The position numbers and the translations under genes were made by a program. Source: Catajapyx aquilonaris (taxonomy: Eukaryota). Taken from it: a stretch of 64,000 bases of DNA. The stretch is taken from positions 124,001 to 188,000 of the forward strand of contig KZ538006.1 in assembly GCA_000934665.2 (NCBI GenBank). Direction: 5' to 3'. Each line of letters opens with the position of its first letter. The first letter of the stretch is position 1. This document shows positions 25,092 to 38,100 of this stretch, piece after piece. The notes beneath the pieces were generated by a model. It was given only the letters and a program-made list of their open reading frames with translations. It was not told the origin of the DNA and ran no database searches.

Positions 25092-28000
25092 TTGTGTTTT
25101 AGAATAAACACTGGTCTAAAGAAAAATCTGAGCTTTCCAAGGTGCGTGATAAGCGCGATTATTAATTTCTTGCCAACCAAGCTAGACGTAACTGACAACC
25201 ATAAAATAAATTATTTGCCTTATTTGTAGCGTGACCATGTTACGCAAGTGCTCGTTAAAATACCAACCAAAATAAAATCCAAAAAGATTTCAGCTAACAA
25301 GTAAGCAATTCTCTGACATACCCTTAAATTTAAACCGTTTAAATTTCTCAAGCATATCATCGATTAAGCTCATTTTCGTATCCAAAATATGAAAAAAATG
25401 CTTTTAAAATATTTCCTGTGCACCTAATTATTTATTATGATTTGTGTTGGGTCGAGCGTAATTATACTGTTCAGCAACCCATATGTTCTACCGAAGCAAG
25501 TTACTGCCGCTTAAATGACACTTTGAAAGTTCACACCATGATGCAGTCGTATATCCTTGTACTGGCAAATTATATAAGTATTGCTTACCTCAGCACTTCC
25601 TAGTTTCCCTGAGTTTGTTTCCACTCATGTCAAAACAAGGAAGAATGCAACAGGACGTGACTATCATCTCCAAACTTCACATCATTTAGGTTTTTTTATC
25701 ATTTCAACTCGGTCTTACTTGCTAGTTGCAACGACAATTTTTCATGCTTTTGTACATGTGAATGTACATTGGCCTGTATTAAAATCACTTGAGCCCTCAG
25801 CTACTGTATACATAAAAAATCGATGTTCATGTGGGACAATTCAGAATCCCATAACGCACGTGGTCATCAAGAAAGCTTGCGAAATTCTGCCCTTTAATTT
25901 TGCATGCGGCCTAATTTCCTAATCACCTACAGACACGAAGATATGCCATCTTCAGCCGACTCCATACATTTGCCCTCGTTTGACCAGGAATCGTTCATAT
26001 TATGTCGCAATGGCCCCTCGTCGGAGCCTCAGAAATTTTGGGGTCCTCTTCACCTCTCCACAAGGACATAGTTTAACGAGGTCTCAGAAACCACAAATCG
26101 TATATCTACAACTCAAGCGTACCGACAAGAAAGTAATCCTAGAGAATAAATTAAGCCGGAAACGATCCTCGTGGATTCTAAAGTGCTATGCTAACGCTTC
26201 TGTGATTACAATTCTTTTTTTTCCTTTTCTCTTACTCTTGAGAAACACACCTCCTACATTTTTTTTTCCGTATCTGACTCTCAACTGATGCAACAAATGT
26301 TGAAGGCCAGCATATCTGCAGATCTTGCCTGTATACCCTCCTACAACATGTACAAAAAAAGTAGTTTTCCCTCGTCCCCTCAAGTTGTACGTCAGAGAAA
26401 CGCGGCATTGATGTATTAGGGGCGGACTTTAATTTTACAGCTCAGGAATGAAGCTACTGACTTTATTTGCTTCTGCTCCTGCACGCAAAACCGTCGCATC
26501 AATCAAGATCAGGGTTGCATTTCGCCGAATGATTCGATTGTTTTCTCTAATTCCGAAAATGAAATCTTCCAGGATTAGACTTACGCAATAGGCTGCAATA
26601 TTACTTGTTAGCTCATGTTTATAATACAGCATTATATTTAATATTTCATTTCAGAACATACCACGACATGCTGAGGGATAAACACATCATGCTGCTTGCT
26701 TATACAATTATTTTGACAGCTTTATGCAAAACTGGTTTATATGAAATTATTTATTAATTACATGACCAGCACTCAATGTATGACTCACAGTGTTATGATA
26801 AATAAATTAGCAAATTTATAAAATGACTATTGCACATGCCGTTAAAATCCAATGAAAAATTCGATTCAAAAATAATTTTTATAGCATCTATAATAATCAA
26901 GTACAGCCTGACTTGTAACCCTAGAATTTTAACTTGCTGAACTTTTTTTTAATAATTCCAAATAATTAGCAATATTTCCAAACGAAATTCCTCCCGCTGA
27001 TTTTGACCCACTAATAACTACCCAACCCCAATTTTTTATCGTCAACTCTCAGTTAGCCTACTCTTTCCGTCCAACCACAACAACCAGCTTCACCCTACCA
27101 TTTTTTTTATCATTTTCGAAAAAAAGGCCTCGGGGCGAATTTTTTTGGCCCATCCAGTCCCCCCACCCCATAACCACCTCCAAAAAAAAACCTGATTCCA
27201 AACTCGCTCCACAGCCTTCCAGCTAAAGAAAAAACCAAACAAAAACTAGTTGACGTGAAGATAGTAGGATTTTTTGATAGGTTGGAGAGAGGCTATTCCA
27301 GTTCACCCTACCCCCCACCATTTTTTAAAGGATCGCTCTTTTCTCTTTCCAATCACCTTTCACTATTCTCAAATAACCATGCATATACAGCCCGATTTTA
27401 GCTTAGTTTAAATAGTGATACTAATTTATTGCACTTTTTATTTTAATCCATTAATTGGCATACACCTATACATGCATATAACCTGTCGAAGGTATACCAG
27501 GGAAATGTAGGTCAATGGGTGAAAACTTTCGTTTGCAAAATAGTTAGAAATCAAATTTCTAAAACCGCATAACGCTCACGCAAACTAATTCAAGTGAAAG
27601 TTTGTGCACTCGTTTTAAAATTCCCATCAAGGTTGCATGAAATCGACAGTCCAACTCGTGACACATCTAGAAACGGTTTAATTTACACCATAGCCAAATT
27701 GCCACTCTTTTAAACTCGCATTATACACCATGGACTAAGATATACCATATAAATTTTTTTTTCATCCTTACCCTTTTTTTCTCCCCCCCAAGGGAGATAG
27801 GGTGGATACGAGGGTGGAGATTCACAGGGCCAGCAAAAACGTGGTGTTTACAGGCCGTCCCAGGACAACCTGTGGNCCCCACACCATACCCACAAAACCC
27901 ACCCCATCCCTCCCCGGAAGAAGAAGTGGACTTGGAGGAGAACCTAGTATCCTAATCACCCCCACCACCTCCTCTTTTTTTTGGCGGAGGATGAAAAGAA

Positions 28001-31000
28001 AAGAGTCCCAGTGGGAATGGGATAGGATTAAAAGGACGCGTGTTTACGAGCTTTCTGATGCTGGCAAAAACTTGTGATTGTAGTAGGCCACGTTCTGAAC
28101 ACGCCCCTCATTAATTAGCGTCTTAAAAATTGTCCAATTAATAATAACATATGGGAATAATATTTGTCTAATCCCTGAATGGGACGGATTAATTTTATAT
28201 GAATGTGACAATTGAATTAATTATTTATTTACCAGCAGTATACCCGTTCTTCTCACGAGAATTGAAGACAATTAATATATTGAAAAATGGTACAAAGTGC
28301 TATTGTCATTGCTATTGTATGGTAGAATAGAGTGGTAAATGGGACATGCTGACAAGCTTTGCCTTATATAAATATAAAATAAGATTTATTTATGTATTCA
28401 TTAATTTATTATTCTGCATAATATATTAAATATTGGGAGCATTTATGAAATTTAGGGGCCATCCATTTTCCCCCCTCGACCCCCCCTTAAAATGAATTTT
28501 GGCCAGCACATGATCGCACGAAATCTGCATTTTCGCCCGTCGCGTTAAACTCCGGGAATATTATGCAAATGAGTGGACCACGCCTGATTTATGGAACAGC
28601 GTTGGGTCCATCGCAAAGACGGGCGTCCCCCCCACCAATTTATCGTCCCCATGTCGCTATTGATCGTACCCGTAGACAGACATCGCCATGTGTCAACGTC
28701 AGCGCTCTTCCTACACCGATTAATCCCAACGTCGTCAACAAACCCGCATCAAGAACTTCTCAAACACAACGCAAAGTACTTCAACATTTTGTGGAAAAAA
28801 AAACATTTATTTTTTCAACTTGGTTATGGAGGGGGCAGCAGGCCAGCCTATTTTTTTTCGGGTCCTCAGCAGTCGTTTAGTGAACTTGATCGTGGTAGGA
28901 CCCAACGTCCTCTGATTGCTCCTGGTTCTCTCCGTTTCCAAGTGGCCCAATTCGGGAGAATGGCGTGCTGCTGACTTCTTTTTTTCCCTCTCTCTTCTCA
29001 CTCTTTTTCATTCAGCCCTCGGCCCGTGTCACGATTTTGGGCAGTTACTAAGGTCCCTTTTTCGCCAGGCCCCCCACACCCTAAAGTTTTCTCAGGGTGA
29101 ATATCGTTGCAAGGGGGGAAAGACCAGGGAAAATGGAGGTGGTGGGAGGGCTTGTGTAAAGTCTCCCCCATTCAATGTTAGATTAATGTGACAGCTTCCA
29201 GCTCTACCATTTTCAGGATCAATGTTAGCAGGTTTAAGCCGGAAGGCCAGGGATAAAGTTGGTCTAAGTCATTTTTGAGCTCCATCGAGGGTGTGAACCC
29301 AATGATGGATGCCTGTAGATAAAAAGAGAAAAATGGAGGCGGGATGCAACCATATTTTTATGAATTTATTTGTGAGTGCTGAAAAACACTGGGCTTACAT
29401 AGCCCACGAAAGCTATTCAAGAACCAGTTTCTCATTTCAATAGAGCTTACAGTATCTGAATGTGGGTCATCTGTCTGCAGTAGCGGAAACGGCACTTGTA
29501 TTTTACAGAAAAACATCGTAGCTTCTATTTCCTCGAAAACTTAATCGTCGGCACACATCATAACTGTCTAATTACACTGGAACAGAAGTAGTGAGTCACA
29601 TGTTCCAGGACTGACTCACAGGCCATGGGAACAACATCTGTGACATCCTCAGTTGAAACATTAGATCTGCGACTCATCACTGTACGACCTAATTTGCTTC
29701 CAAGCATAAATGTGGACCAGTAAAGGCATGGATCTCACGTGCCGCTGGACAAGGAGAAAAGAGAAGCAGGGACCAAGAGCTGGAGCACTGGACAATGGAG
29801 GCTGACCTTGATGGAAAAAAAGGGCCTCGGGAGAGAGTGAGAATTTTGGCAAGGGCCTTATTTTCGGCTCCTCCACTGCTGGGAATGGTCAACGGTCCAA
29901 TTTTGGTGGAGCTTTATTTCGGATATAGGGCTTTGCCCCGGGGCAGATCGTCATATGTGTGTCTAATTGGCGGTGAAGGTATTAACTGCATGATGCAGGG
30001 TGTAACCAGAGGGTAAATTTGGATGCGAATATTTAAGCCTAGAAAATTGGTAGAGTGTTGGCCAAGCGCGAACGCCAGCTGAAGAAAGGGGAATCCGGTG
30101 TCAGATCTTGGAAATACGGTACGTTTTAGTCGTACTTATTCCGGTGAATCCATAAGCAATAGCCAACAATTTTTGCATTCACTTTTTTTACACCCCATCT
30201 CCCCATGCGGTATTTTTTTTTAAAAAAAAGATCCAACGGTCAACCCATTTTACCCTTTCAATTGTTACAGGAATTCCTTTCCCCCTTTTACGTAACCAGA
30301 ACTCTCCATTATGACATCAAGGGACAGAAGGGGAGAGAAAATTTTTTTTTCTTTGCCCAACAAAAAACTTGTTGGGGAGGGTCAGGTTTTCTGGAAGCGG
30401 TCAATGAAAGTGAAGTTGCAGTGGTAGATGGGGGAGGTGTAACATTGCAACAACAAAAAATTGCACGTGCTTTGCAAGGTTGCTTCTATGGTGTGCTGCC
30501 TTGTTTCCATTTCTTTTACCCGTAGGCTACCATATTTTTCGGATCAGAGAGAACAAGTGATTACATGTGTACACGCGTAATGCAGTACCGTGTTACGAAG
30601 GGCATCATGAAAATTTCATTTTTCTTTCTCAGGCTCGGTAAATCTCTCGCCAATGGCTTCATGCAACAAGTGGTAAGAATCCAAGCCAAGTGCATGATCA
30701 TGTCACAACCTTCAACTTTATGAACCAGAAGGTAAACACGGTGGTGATTAATTTATATTCAATAGCACAGGAAAATTAACATGATTCACTTTGTCGCTGA
30801 CTAAATCAGCACGTGCAGCAAGTGAAGTGTGTAGGGCTATACTTCAAAAGTATCTTCCAATATTAAAAGAGCTACATGTACGAATAACAAGGTTACCTTC
30901 ACAGCCTGTCATGCAAGCTGGCATGACTGTCATTCAGGTGCAAGGCTATTATTATGTCACTGTTAGCATTGTAGTAAGCAGGCTTCATTTCCAATTACTT

Positions 31001-32395
31001 AATATTTTCCTGCTGCATATTGAATCATTTTATTGTCGATTTCATTGCGTCCTACATATTGCAGTCACATTTTAAAAATGGACAAGATCGTGTACTGTTA
31101 TAGGAGAAAAGCCTTTTTTTTGAGTGGACATTGCTCATAATGATCCTTACGCTGACTGACGTCACCATATAATTCTGGGAAAGACATTTACGGTTAAAAT
31201 ATCTGACATTCCATTATAAACATACCGACACCGTAATTGAAGAAGCAGTAGTACCCTTATATTTATTGCGCTTAAATGATTTTTTCTAAATTATATACCC
31301 ATGATCTTCATAAAAATTAGCAACCATATTATTATACGAAATCGCATCTTTTTGTCTTTAATCTATGAATTATTCCGAAATATACCGGTACGTATTGTTG
31401 AGTATTACAAATTTGATCCAGCAGCACCTTGTTTTCCAGATAGTTCACATACAGTACTTGCAACGTTCCCGTGCACATAATCATAATCAGACAAAGCATA
31501 ATAATTCCGATTCCCGCTTGCATTATTTCTCAACGTGCATTGTGCAATTATTACACAATTCGCAAGCTGAACATGCACTACGTATACAGTATTTGCGAGA
31601 GGGAAATAGATTACACTTGACGCGCATCCGTGAGAAACTGGATATTCCATCTGCGTAACCATTTATTAATGATAGGCTTTTCTTCTTCCTTGAAAACCGC
31701 GCAGATTCATTCCATATCCGCGTGTGAAACTGGCTCTGTAACAGTACATACCGCCCTGTATACAGTGGGGTACTACATCGGGAGTGAAAAAGAGGACAAT
31801 TACAAATGCACGTATTATCCTTGACTTTGACCCATTTTTTGAGGAGGGCCTCGGTCATTGATGTGGGCGCATTCCTATGAGAACCAGTCCTGATGTGTGA
31901 CGCAATAATGCATCCTGACAGTCCCCGAGATGAAACCAGGGGGGTTGGCATAAAGGATTTTTTTTGGAGGGGGGCCTTTGAGTCACACGGGGTTGGGGGG
32001 GAAGGAGAGGCGTGTTTATTTCCAGGCGTGCAGTTGGGGGACTGGTTGGCTGGGGGAGGCAGCAAGGCCGAGGCATGGTTGGCTCGTTTGGACCAGAAGC
32101 GTGCAGAGAGGAACCCAGTTCGGTCGGGTCCGCTCTGACACCCGGTAGATAGATAGATAGAGAGATAGACACCCGGTGATTGGTGGTGTCCCGGATGGGA
32201 GTGCGCTGGGATGCGGTTCGGACAGAGTGGACATGTGCGTTGGACATGCTTTTTTCGCGGTCGTGTTGACTGATGGGTGTCATCCGGTCGGTGTCAGTGA
32301 ACCCCTGAGAAGTGATATAGCACCGTTGCCCCATATTATAATGCCGCCCGGAGTAGTGTGCGCGCCTGCATCAGGTTGGTGATGACCACGGCAGA

Positions 32396-35122
32396 ATGGC
32401 CAGTGGCGTCCACCACTGTAAGGATTGCGGGTTGTACTTCGAGAGCGGCAAGTCACTGGAGGTGCATCTCAACTACCACAAGGAGAACCTGCTGAGTCGG
32501 TGGGCGACGCAGGCCACGGAGGGGACAGCGGACAGTAAGAACGGAGGTGGCGGAGGATCCGGTGCCAATCGGAATTCCGCCACCCCCAGTGCCACCATAG
32601 GCAACCACAGGGACTACCACGCCGAGAACGGGACCGTGGATGCAGGCGGAGGAGGGTACCAACAGCAACAGCAGAATAGCAACCAGTTCCAGCAGCACGA
32701 GCCTCCGTCCAGCACAGTCAGTCCAGGGTTGAGTGTACCGGCGTATGTGCACCATTACGGCAGTCCGCCGCCTCCGTCGTCGCAACCTGCTGGCTTCCCT
32801 ACCTACCAACCTATGACCACATCTGACCCGAAAGCTGGTTTAATCTTCCACCGACCTACCCCGCATCTACCTGCCACAGTCACCCAACCCACGGCCTTGC
32901 ACACTTTCGGTGTCATCCTCCCACACGACAATCCCATATGCTACCCCCAAACCACAGCTGCACCGGTGTTCAACCAGGAGCTGTACGACCCTTTCAAGCA
33001 GCACCAGCGGCGACAGTACCATTTCCACCCGTACAATGGCACCCTGCCCCATTCTCCTAACCAGCCGTACCCGCAACCCAAAGGAATCCAGGTCGATTCT
33101 CCCCCACCCCAGCCACCGGAGCAGGTATTCGATCCATCCAGAGAGCCGTACCATCAAACCCTGATAGTGCCCAAGAACATTCAGTCGGATTTCCCTTTCT
33201 ACGACAACAAGCCGACTGGAAATGGGAACGCGGAGCACCCCAACGGCGGCGGAGACCTGGAGGCCTCAGAAATCCTGGACTTGGACTCGCAGAAGGTGGT
33301 GTACCAGTCCACCGCAGGAGGCATCATTATCGGCACCGGAGGACCTGGAAGCCCGCAGATCAACCTCCATACTCCGTACCCGACACCGCCGCCTTCAGGG
33401 TGGGGTCACCCGATCTGGCAGCCCAAGACCGGAAACGGCAGCCTTGAAGAAGGCAATAAGCCGTCCAGCATGCCTCCGGAGGTCAATGTCGGCTACCAGC
33501 AGAGGCTGCCCTCGTCGTCCACCGTCACTCCTCCTCCGGCCACCTACCCCGTCCACAACATGCACCACCACCAGCAGCAGCAACAACAACAACAGCCACC
33601 CCCACCCCAGCCAGCAGCACCAGCACCGCAGCAGCAGCAACCTCAAGTTCCTCCACCAGCTAGTCCCAGCAACCCGGGATGGTCCGGCAAAGGTCATCCT
33701 GACCCAAAGCGGCCCAAGACCTACTTATGCGAGATCTGCAACAAGTGGTTCACCAGCAGCGGCCATTTGAAGCGCCATTACAACACCACCTTGCACAAAA
33801 ATGCGATGAGGGCGAGAGGGCTCCCAGATCCTGGGGAGAACTCCCCTTCTCCGGGGCATCACCCACCACCCACCCCCTCGACCCGGCAACAGCCCCAGCC
33901 CCCTCCTCTACCTCCTCCTCCTCCTCAGCAGCACCAGGGGGAAAACTTGAGCCCCCCGGGGTATATGGCTGCAACCTCGGGGGGTCCCCCCTCTACCACT
34001 GATTTTGCAGCCATCTCCAGTCCTTCCATCAGCGGAGTTGAGGATTCTTCTTCCTCTGGAAGCGCCTTGACCAGCGGTGACGACTCTGGGTCCTCCGCGG
34101 GTGGGAGACCCGCTAATCACCACCAGCAGATGAGAAACGGATCGGAGGCCAACGGAGTACATCAAATGTACCACAGAGGTACTGACTCGCCTGTTTCTTC
34201 TTACCACCCCAATGAGCCCATGCGCGTGTTGATTCCTCACATGGGCAATTACCACCACCCGGAGCAGCTCAACCTTACATCCCCTGATCCGGCCTCCTAC
34301 CCTCATTATGCCACCAACAGTGTTCCCATCGATAATAATAAACCTTGCAACAATGCCAACCGACTCCCATCCTTCCATCCATATCAAATCGACGCCGAAA
34401 ATATGAACGACCCCAATCATCACAATGGCGGTTCTGATTTCTCCATGGCCAGACCGTATATGAACCACCATCACCAGATGGAGTTGACCAACAACAATGG
34501 GCTCGGACCGACGGATGAGAACAACCCGTACATGCTGCCGATGCAGGACGGACAGGACAAGAACCAGCTGTCTCCCAACGCGGTCTTCAGCGGCGACAGC
34601 AGTCCATCAGACGAGCCCGACACCACCCACGAGCCCGACCCTCCCAAAGGCAAATTCAAGAAGTACACCAACGGTCACTACAACAACAACAACAACATCA
34701 AGAAGAACAACAACAACAACAATGGTAGGGGCCATCTAAAGTGCAAGGAGTGCGGTATAGTGTTCAAGAAGGCCAGTGTTCTCGTCCAGCACAACAAGCA
34801 CGTGCATGGAGGTACCGGTCTGTACCTGTGCGAGATGTGCAACGTCCAGTTCGACGACCAGCAGCAGTACGAGGCTCACCTGAAGACCAGCCACGAGGGT
34901 CAGCGAATCTACCCGTGCACCCTGTGCCACAAGCATTTCAACCACCGCACAGACCTGAAGCGACACCTGTGCACCCACACTGGCCAACGTCCCTTCGAGT
35001 GTGTCACCTGCAAGAAGCGCTTCATCCGCAAGGACCACATGCGCAAGCACTTTGAGAAACACCTGGAAGCCGACGGGAGCGCCAAGGCAGAGACCTCTTC
35101 TGCTGACGGGTTTGAAAACTGA
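32396..35122 (+). CDS. zld: Zelda/vielfaltig-type C2H2 zinc-finger transcription factor, 908 aa, single coding exon
   Basis: N-terminal finger CKDCGLYFESGKSLEVHLNYHKENLL, acidic patch EILDLDS, central JAZ-like finger CNKWFTSSGHLKRHYNTTLHKNA, four C-terminal fingers including FNHRTDLKRHLCTHTGQRPF and FIRKDHMRKH; Q/P/N low-complexity linkers. This is the Zelda architecture and signature sequence. Confidence 0.9.
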   Translation: MASGVHHCKDCGLYFESGKSLEVHLNYHKENLLSRWATQATEGTADSKNGGGGGSGANRNSATPSATIGNHRDYHAENGTVDAGGGGYQQQQQNSNQFQQHEPPSSTVSPGLSVPAYVHHYGSPPPPSSQPAGFPTYQPMTTSDPKAGLIFHRPTPHLPATVTQPTALHTFGVILPHDNPICYPQTTAAPVFNQELYDPFKQHQRRQYHFHPYNGTLPHSPNQPYPQPKGIQVDSPPPQPPEQVFDPSREPYHQTLIVPKNIQSDFPFYDNKPTGNGNAEHPNGGGDLEASEILDLDSQKVVYQSTAGGIIIGTGGPGSPQINLHTPYPTPPPSGWGHPIWQPKTGNGSLEEGNKPSSMPPEVNVGYQQRLPSSSTVTPPPATYPVHNMHHHQQQQQQQQPPPPQPAAPAPQQQQPQVPPPASPSNPGWSGKGHPDPKRPKTYLCEICNKWFTSSGHLKRHYNTTLHKNAMRARGLPDPGENSPSPGHHPPPTPSTRQQPQPPPLPPPPPQQHQGENLSPPGYMAATSGGPPSTTDFAAISSPSISGVEDSSSSGSALTSGDDSGSSAGGRPANHHQQMRNGSEANGVHQMYHRGTDSPVSSYHPNEPMRVLIPHMGNYHHPEQLNLTSPDPASYPHYATNSVPIDNNKPCNNANRLPSFHPYQIDAENMNDPNHHNGGSDFSMARPYMNHHHQMELTNNNGLGPTDENNPYMLPMQDGQDKNQLSPNAVFSGDSSPSDEPDTTHEPDPPKGKFKKYTNGHYNNNNNIKKNNNNNNGRGHLKCKECGIVFKKASVLVQHNKHVHGGTGLYLCEMCNVQFDDQQQYEAHLKTSHEGQRIYPCTLCHKHFNHRTDLKRHLCTHTGQRPFECVTCKKRFIRKDHMRKHFEKHLEADGSAKAETSSADGFEN

Positions 35123-38100
35123 AAAACCGAGCTCAAGGTGTGTGTGAGAGTGCGTGAACCTGCTGTGTATGTGAGAGGGATACGTGTGGAGTATGATGAC
35201 ATGCCCTGCAGTCGAAAAAACGGGGCTTAAAAAAACTACCCGGCGAGAAAAAAAGGTGGGAGGGAAAAAAAATCCAGAAGAACAAAGAAGCTGACGGTTA
35301 TTTTATATCAGCCATACTGATAGTTAATTATTTTTGCAAAGTTGCTAATTGCAGCCCTTTTTTCTGTAATGTAAACTTAAGTGATTACTGACAATGGTCT
35401 ACATAACCAGGTCTCCACTTGTTTTTATTTTGCTACATGTGTCCTCTTTTTAAGTTCATGAGTTATTTATTCGCAGCAGAATGTGTAACTCAGGGATAGC
35501 TGGCATTGCACGTTGCATATCAGCCAAGGGTGTGAGTTGCTGTGTTGCTGTTTTCCAGAAGAAAAGTCACATACGCATGGTCCCCCCCCNCCCCCCCCCC
35601 CCGCAAATCCCCCCAAACATATAGTTTATTCTGTTGTCATTTTTCCCCCAGTACATGATACATGCTCCTTATGTAACGAATGTTCCTATGTGCCAGAAAA
35701 TGCAATGTTACTCTGGTGTGCTCCATAAGTTTGTTATATATAGATTATTTTGTTTTTTTTTCAGGTCAGAATTTAATATGTCCTATGATGACTTGGAAGT
35801 AGCAATGTCAAATTCCTAAGGGACAACATTTTTACGACGCTTGAGTTGGTTTTATGTATCCTACTTCACGTGCTATATGACACCTCGCATGACAGATTTG
35901 TCTATACGTATATAAGGAACTATAGTTTTTTGATTATTTTTCGGGAAGAAAAAAGAATTATGAAGCCTCCCGTGGGGCATTTTTAAAGTAATTGATTTGT
36001 CAGTTTTATTGCTGCAGGCTCAGTGCAAGAGTGTTTAATGGTTGAAGTTTGTGGGAGCAGATTATTGGTGCGGTTCGTGATTTTTCAAAACCTCCCCGTG
36101 TTGGTCCATATTCGAATCATTATGAAGCTGTGATAACCAGCCAGTTGAGACCAAGTTTTGTAATTCTGTAGTTTAATTTAAAAAAATTCGCGCCATGTGA
36201 ATTAATTTTACGAGTCAACATGATACATAGTTCCTTTAAAATGTGCAGTTTTTATCTCCCCGATTAATTGAGATCAATTAATGCGGTTCCCATGAAACAA
36301 ATGTGACCATATCGACATTCTTGCATGTCAATCCTAATAACACCCACCCTTAGTTCCTTTTCCAGAGAAATATAATGACAGAGAAAAAATCTATCATACA
36401 ACTAGTAGCTATATCTTAGAAATTTGTACACGTATTTGTTATCGCGTAGAAGGAATTTTTAGTGGACTATTGTCAGTAAGTAGTGGTTAATCTGAAAAAT
36501 GTATTCTTAGGCAGACTGAAGATTTTGTATGTAACTTGAAGGGCATGTTGGTGTCAATCATGAAAAAAGACTTCTTTTTTTTTTTGCGAAAGGAAAATAA
36601 TTAGAAAGCTTGCCTAGCGAATTGATTTTCCGCTACACATTGTTGCAGATGTGTGTTTTTTTTTTGAAAACTCCAAGTTCCTGTGTGATGGTGCAATGCG
36701 TTTGTGGGTCCTACTGTTTCTTAATTTTAAAAATAATAATCCCAGATGAGATGCTCAAAAGTTTCAGTTCCAATTACACGAGAGGAGTTAACTCTTGAGA
36801 ATTAGTAGTTATAATTAAAACTAACTAAAAGTGAAAATGAATAAAAAATGTGACAAATGTTTTTAGACAATTTATTATTGGTGGTTATCGTTTATTAAGA
36901 AAAATGCCTCATGCCCTTCCTATGTAATATGTACAAAATATCAACTACCTCATTTTCAAGTGTTCCATGCGTCACGTGCTAGTTTGGTAGCACTGATTTG
37001 TTTCTTTGTTTTACCCGCGAATCTCAAAAAAAATGAGGACGGAATGACTAAGATTTGATTCGGAGTTGGATTGTGTATAATGAATCGTGATTTTTTTTTT
37101 GGCACTTTTGTTCCTCATTTTCAAACCATCACATTACGATCTCGATTGTCAAAAGTGGCTTGTTGCTGTCTTTCTGTTTTGTCATTGTTGCTGTTTCTTC
37201 CCGTGTTAAAAAAAGAGTCTAGGAAGTCAGCATGGCAGCCACGTAACATTTCCATTGTCTGTGGATTTGGACCAATAAAGGAAAAATATTGCCATTCTTA
37301 GTGTCGTTATGAACGAAAATATGCAGTGACTTTTGTTTCAACCGACGATTTTCTTTTATTGGTCTTAATTGTTTTTAAACACCTGAATGTGACATTGTTG
37401 TGGCATTTTATTTCTGGCTGTAAATTGGACGATTTAAAACTGAGGGTGTAGCCAGTCACACGTATATTTTGGCTGTTTTGTTTTCTCTCTCAGTAAGCGT
37501 GGAACTGACTGATATTGTATGCTACCGTGACCCTCTGTAATCCAAGGGCTACTTATTGTCAAACAGATGGTAGCCTATTGCTGCTTGATAGAATCTTGCA
37601 TGGAAGGGATTTTTTTTTCTTGATAGCTGGAACTCGGGATTGAAATAAACCGTTAACGTTCCTCATGATTCTGTGTATTAATTTGATCCACCCCTCAAGA
37701 CATTTCAAAATGCGTGATTTGAACCAAAAACCTAACCTGAATATAAAAGAAGGCAACTTCCTCACCCTTATCTCCCACCTTTTTTTTCTCATTATCCCGC
37801 CACTAAGGTGACGGAATCTTCCTTTTGTGTGCCAGAAGAGCCCAGAAATGAAACGTCAATCTCCTGCTTTATGGACGTAAACTTGTGGAGGGATATTTTT
37901 TGACAACAAACGCAGTGCAAGCAGCTGTTGCGCTTGGGTTAATCCGTAAAGTAAGCAGACTTCCATTTTGGGTGGTCCCAAAAGGATTCCTCTTCTCTCA
38001 CCTTTGTTGTCGTCCAGCTGGACCATATTTGCCCACAGAACTATATATCTCCAGTACATTGACCTACGAGGAACTGCATCATAATCGTAGGATTTTAATG

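Noticed and set aside
32453..35202. Many overlapping antisense and alternate-frame ORFs over zelda
   Set aside because: Shadows of a GC-rich, codon-biased real CDS.
27000..37000. CAGGTAG (TAGteam) autoregulatory cluster or miR-971-like hairpin at the zelda locus
   Set aside because: Only scattered single CAGGTAG matches were seen in the window and no matching miRNA sequence was found by eye.
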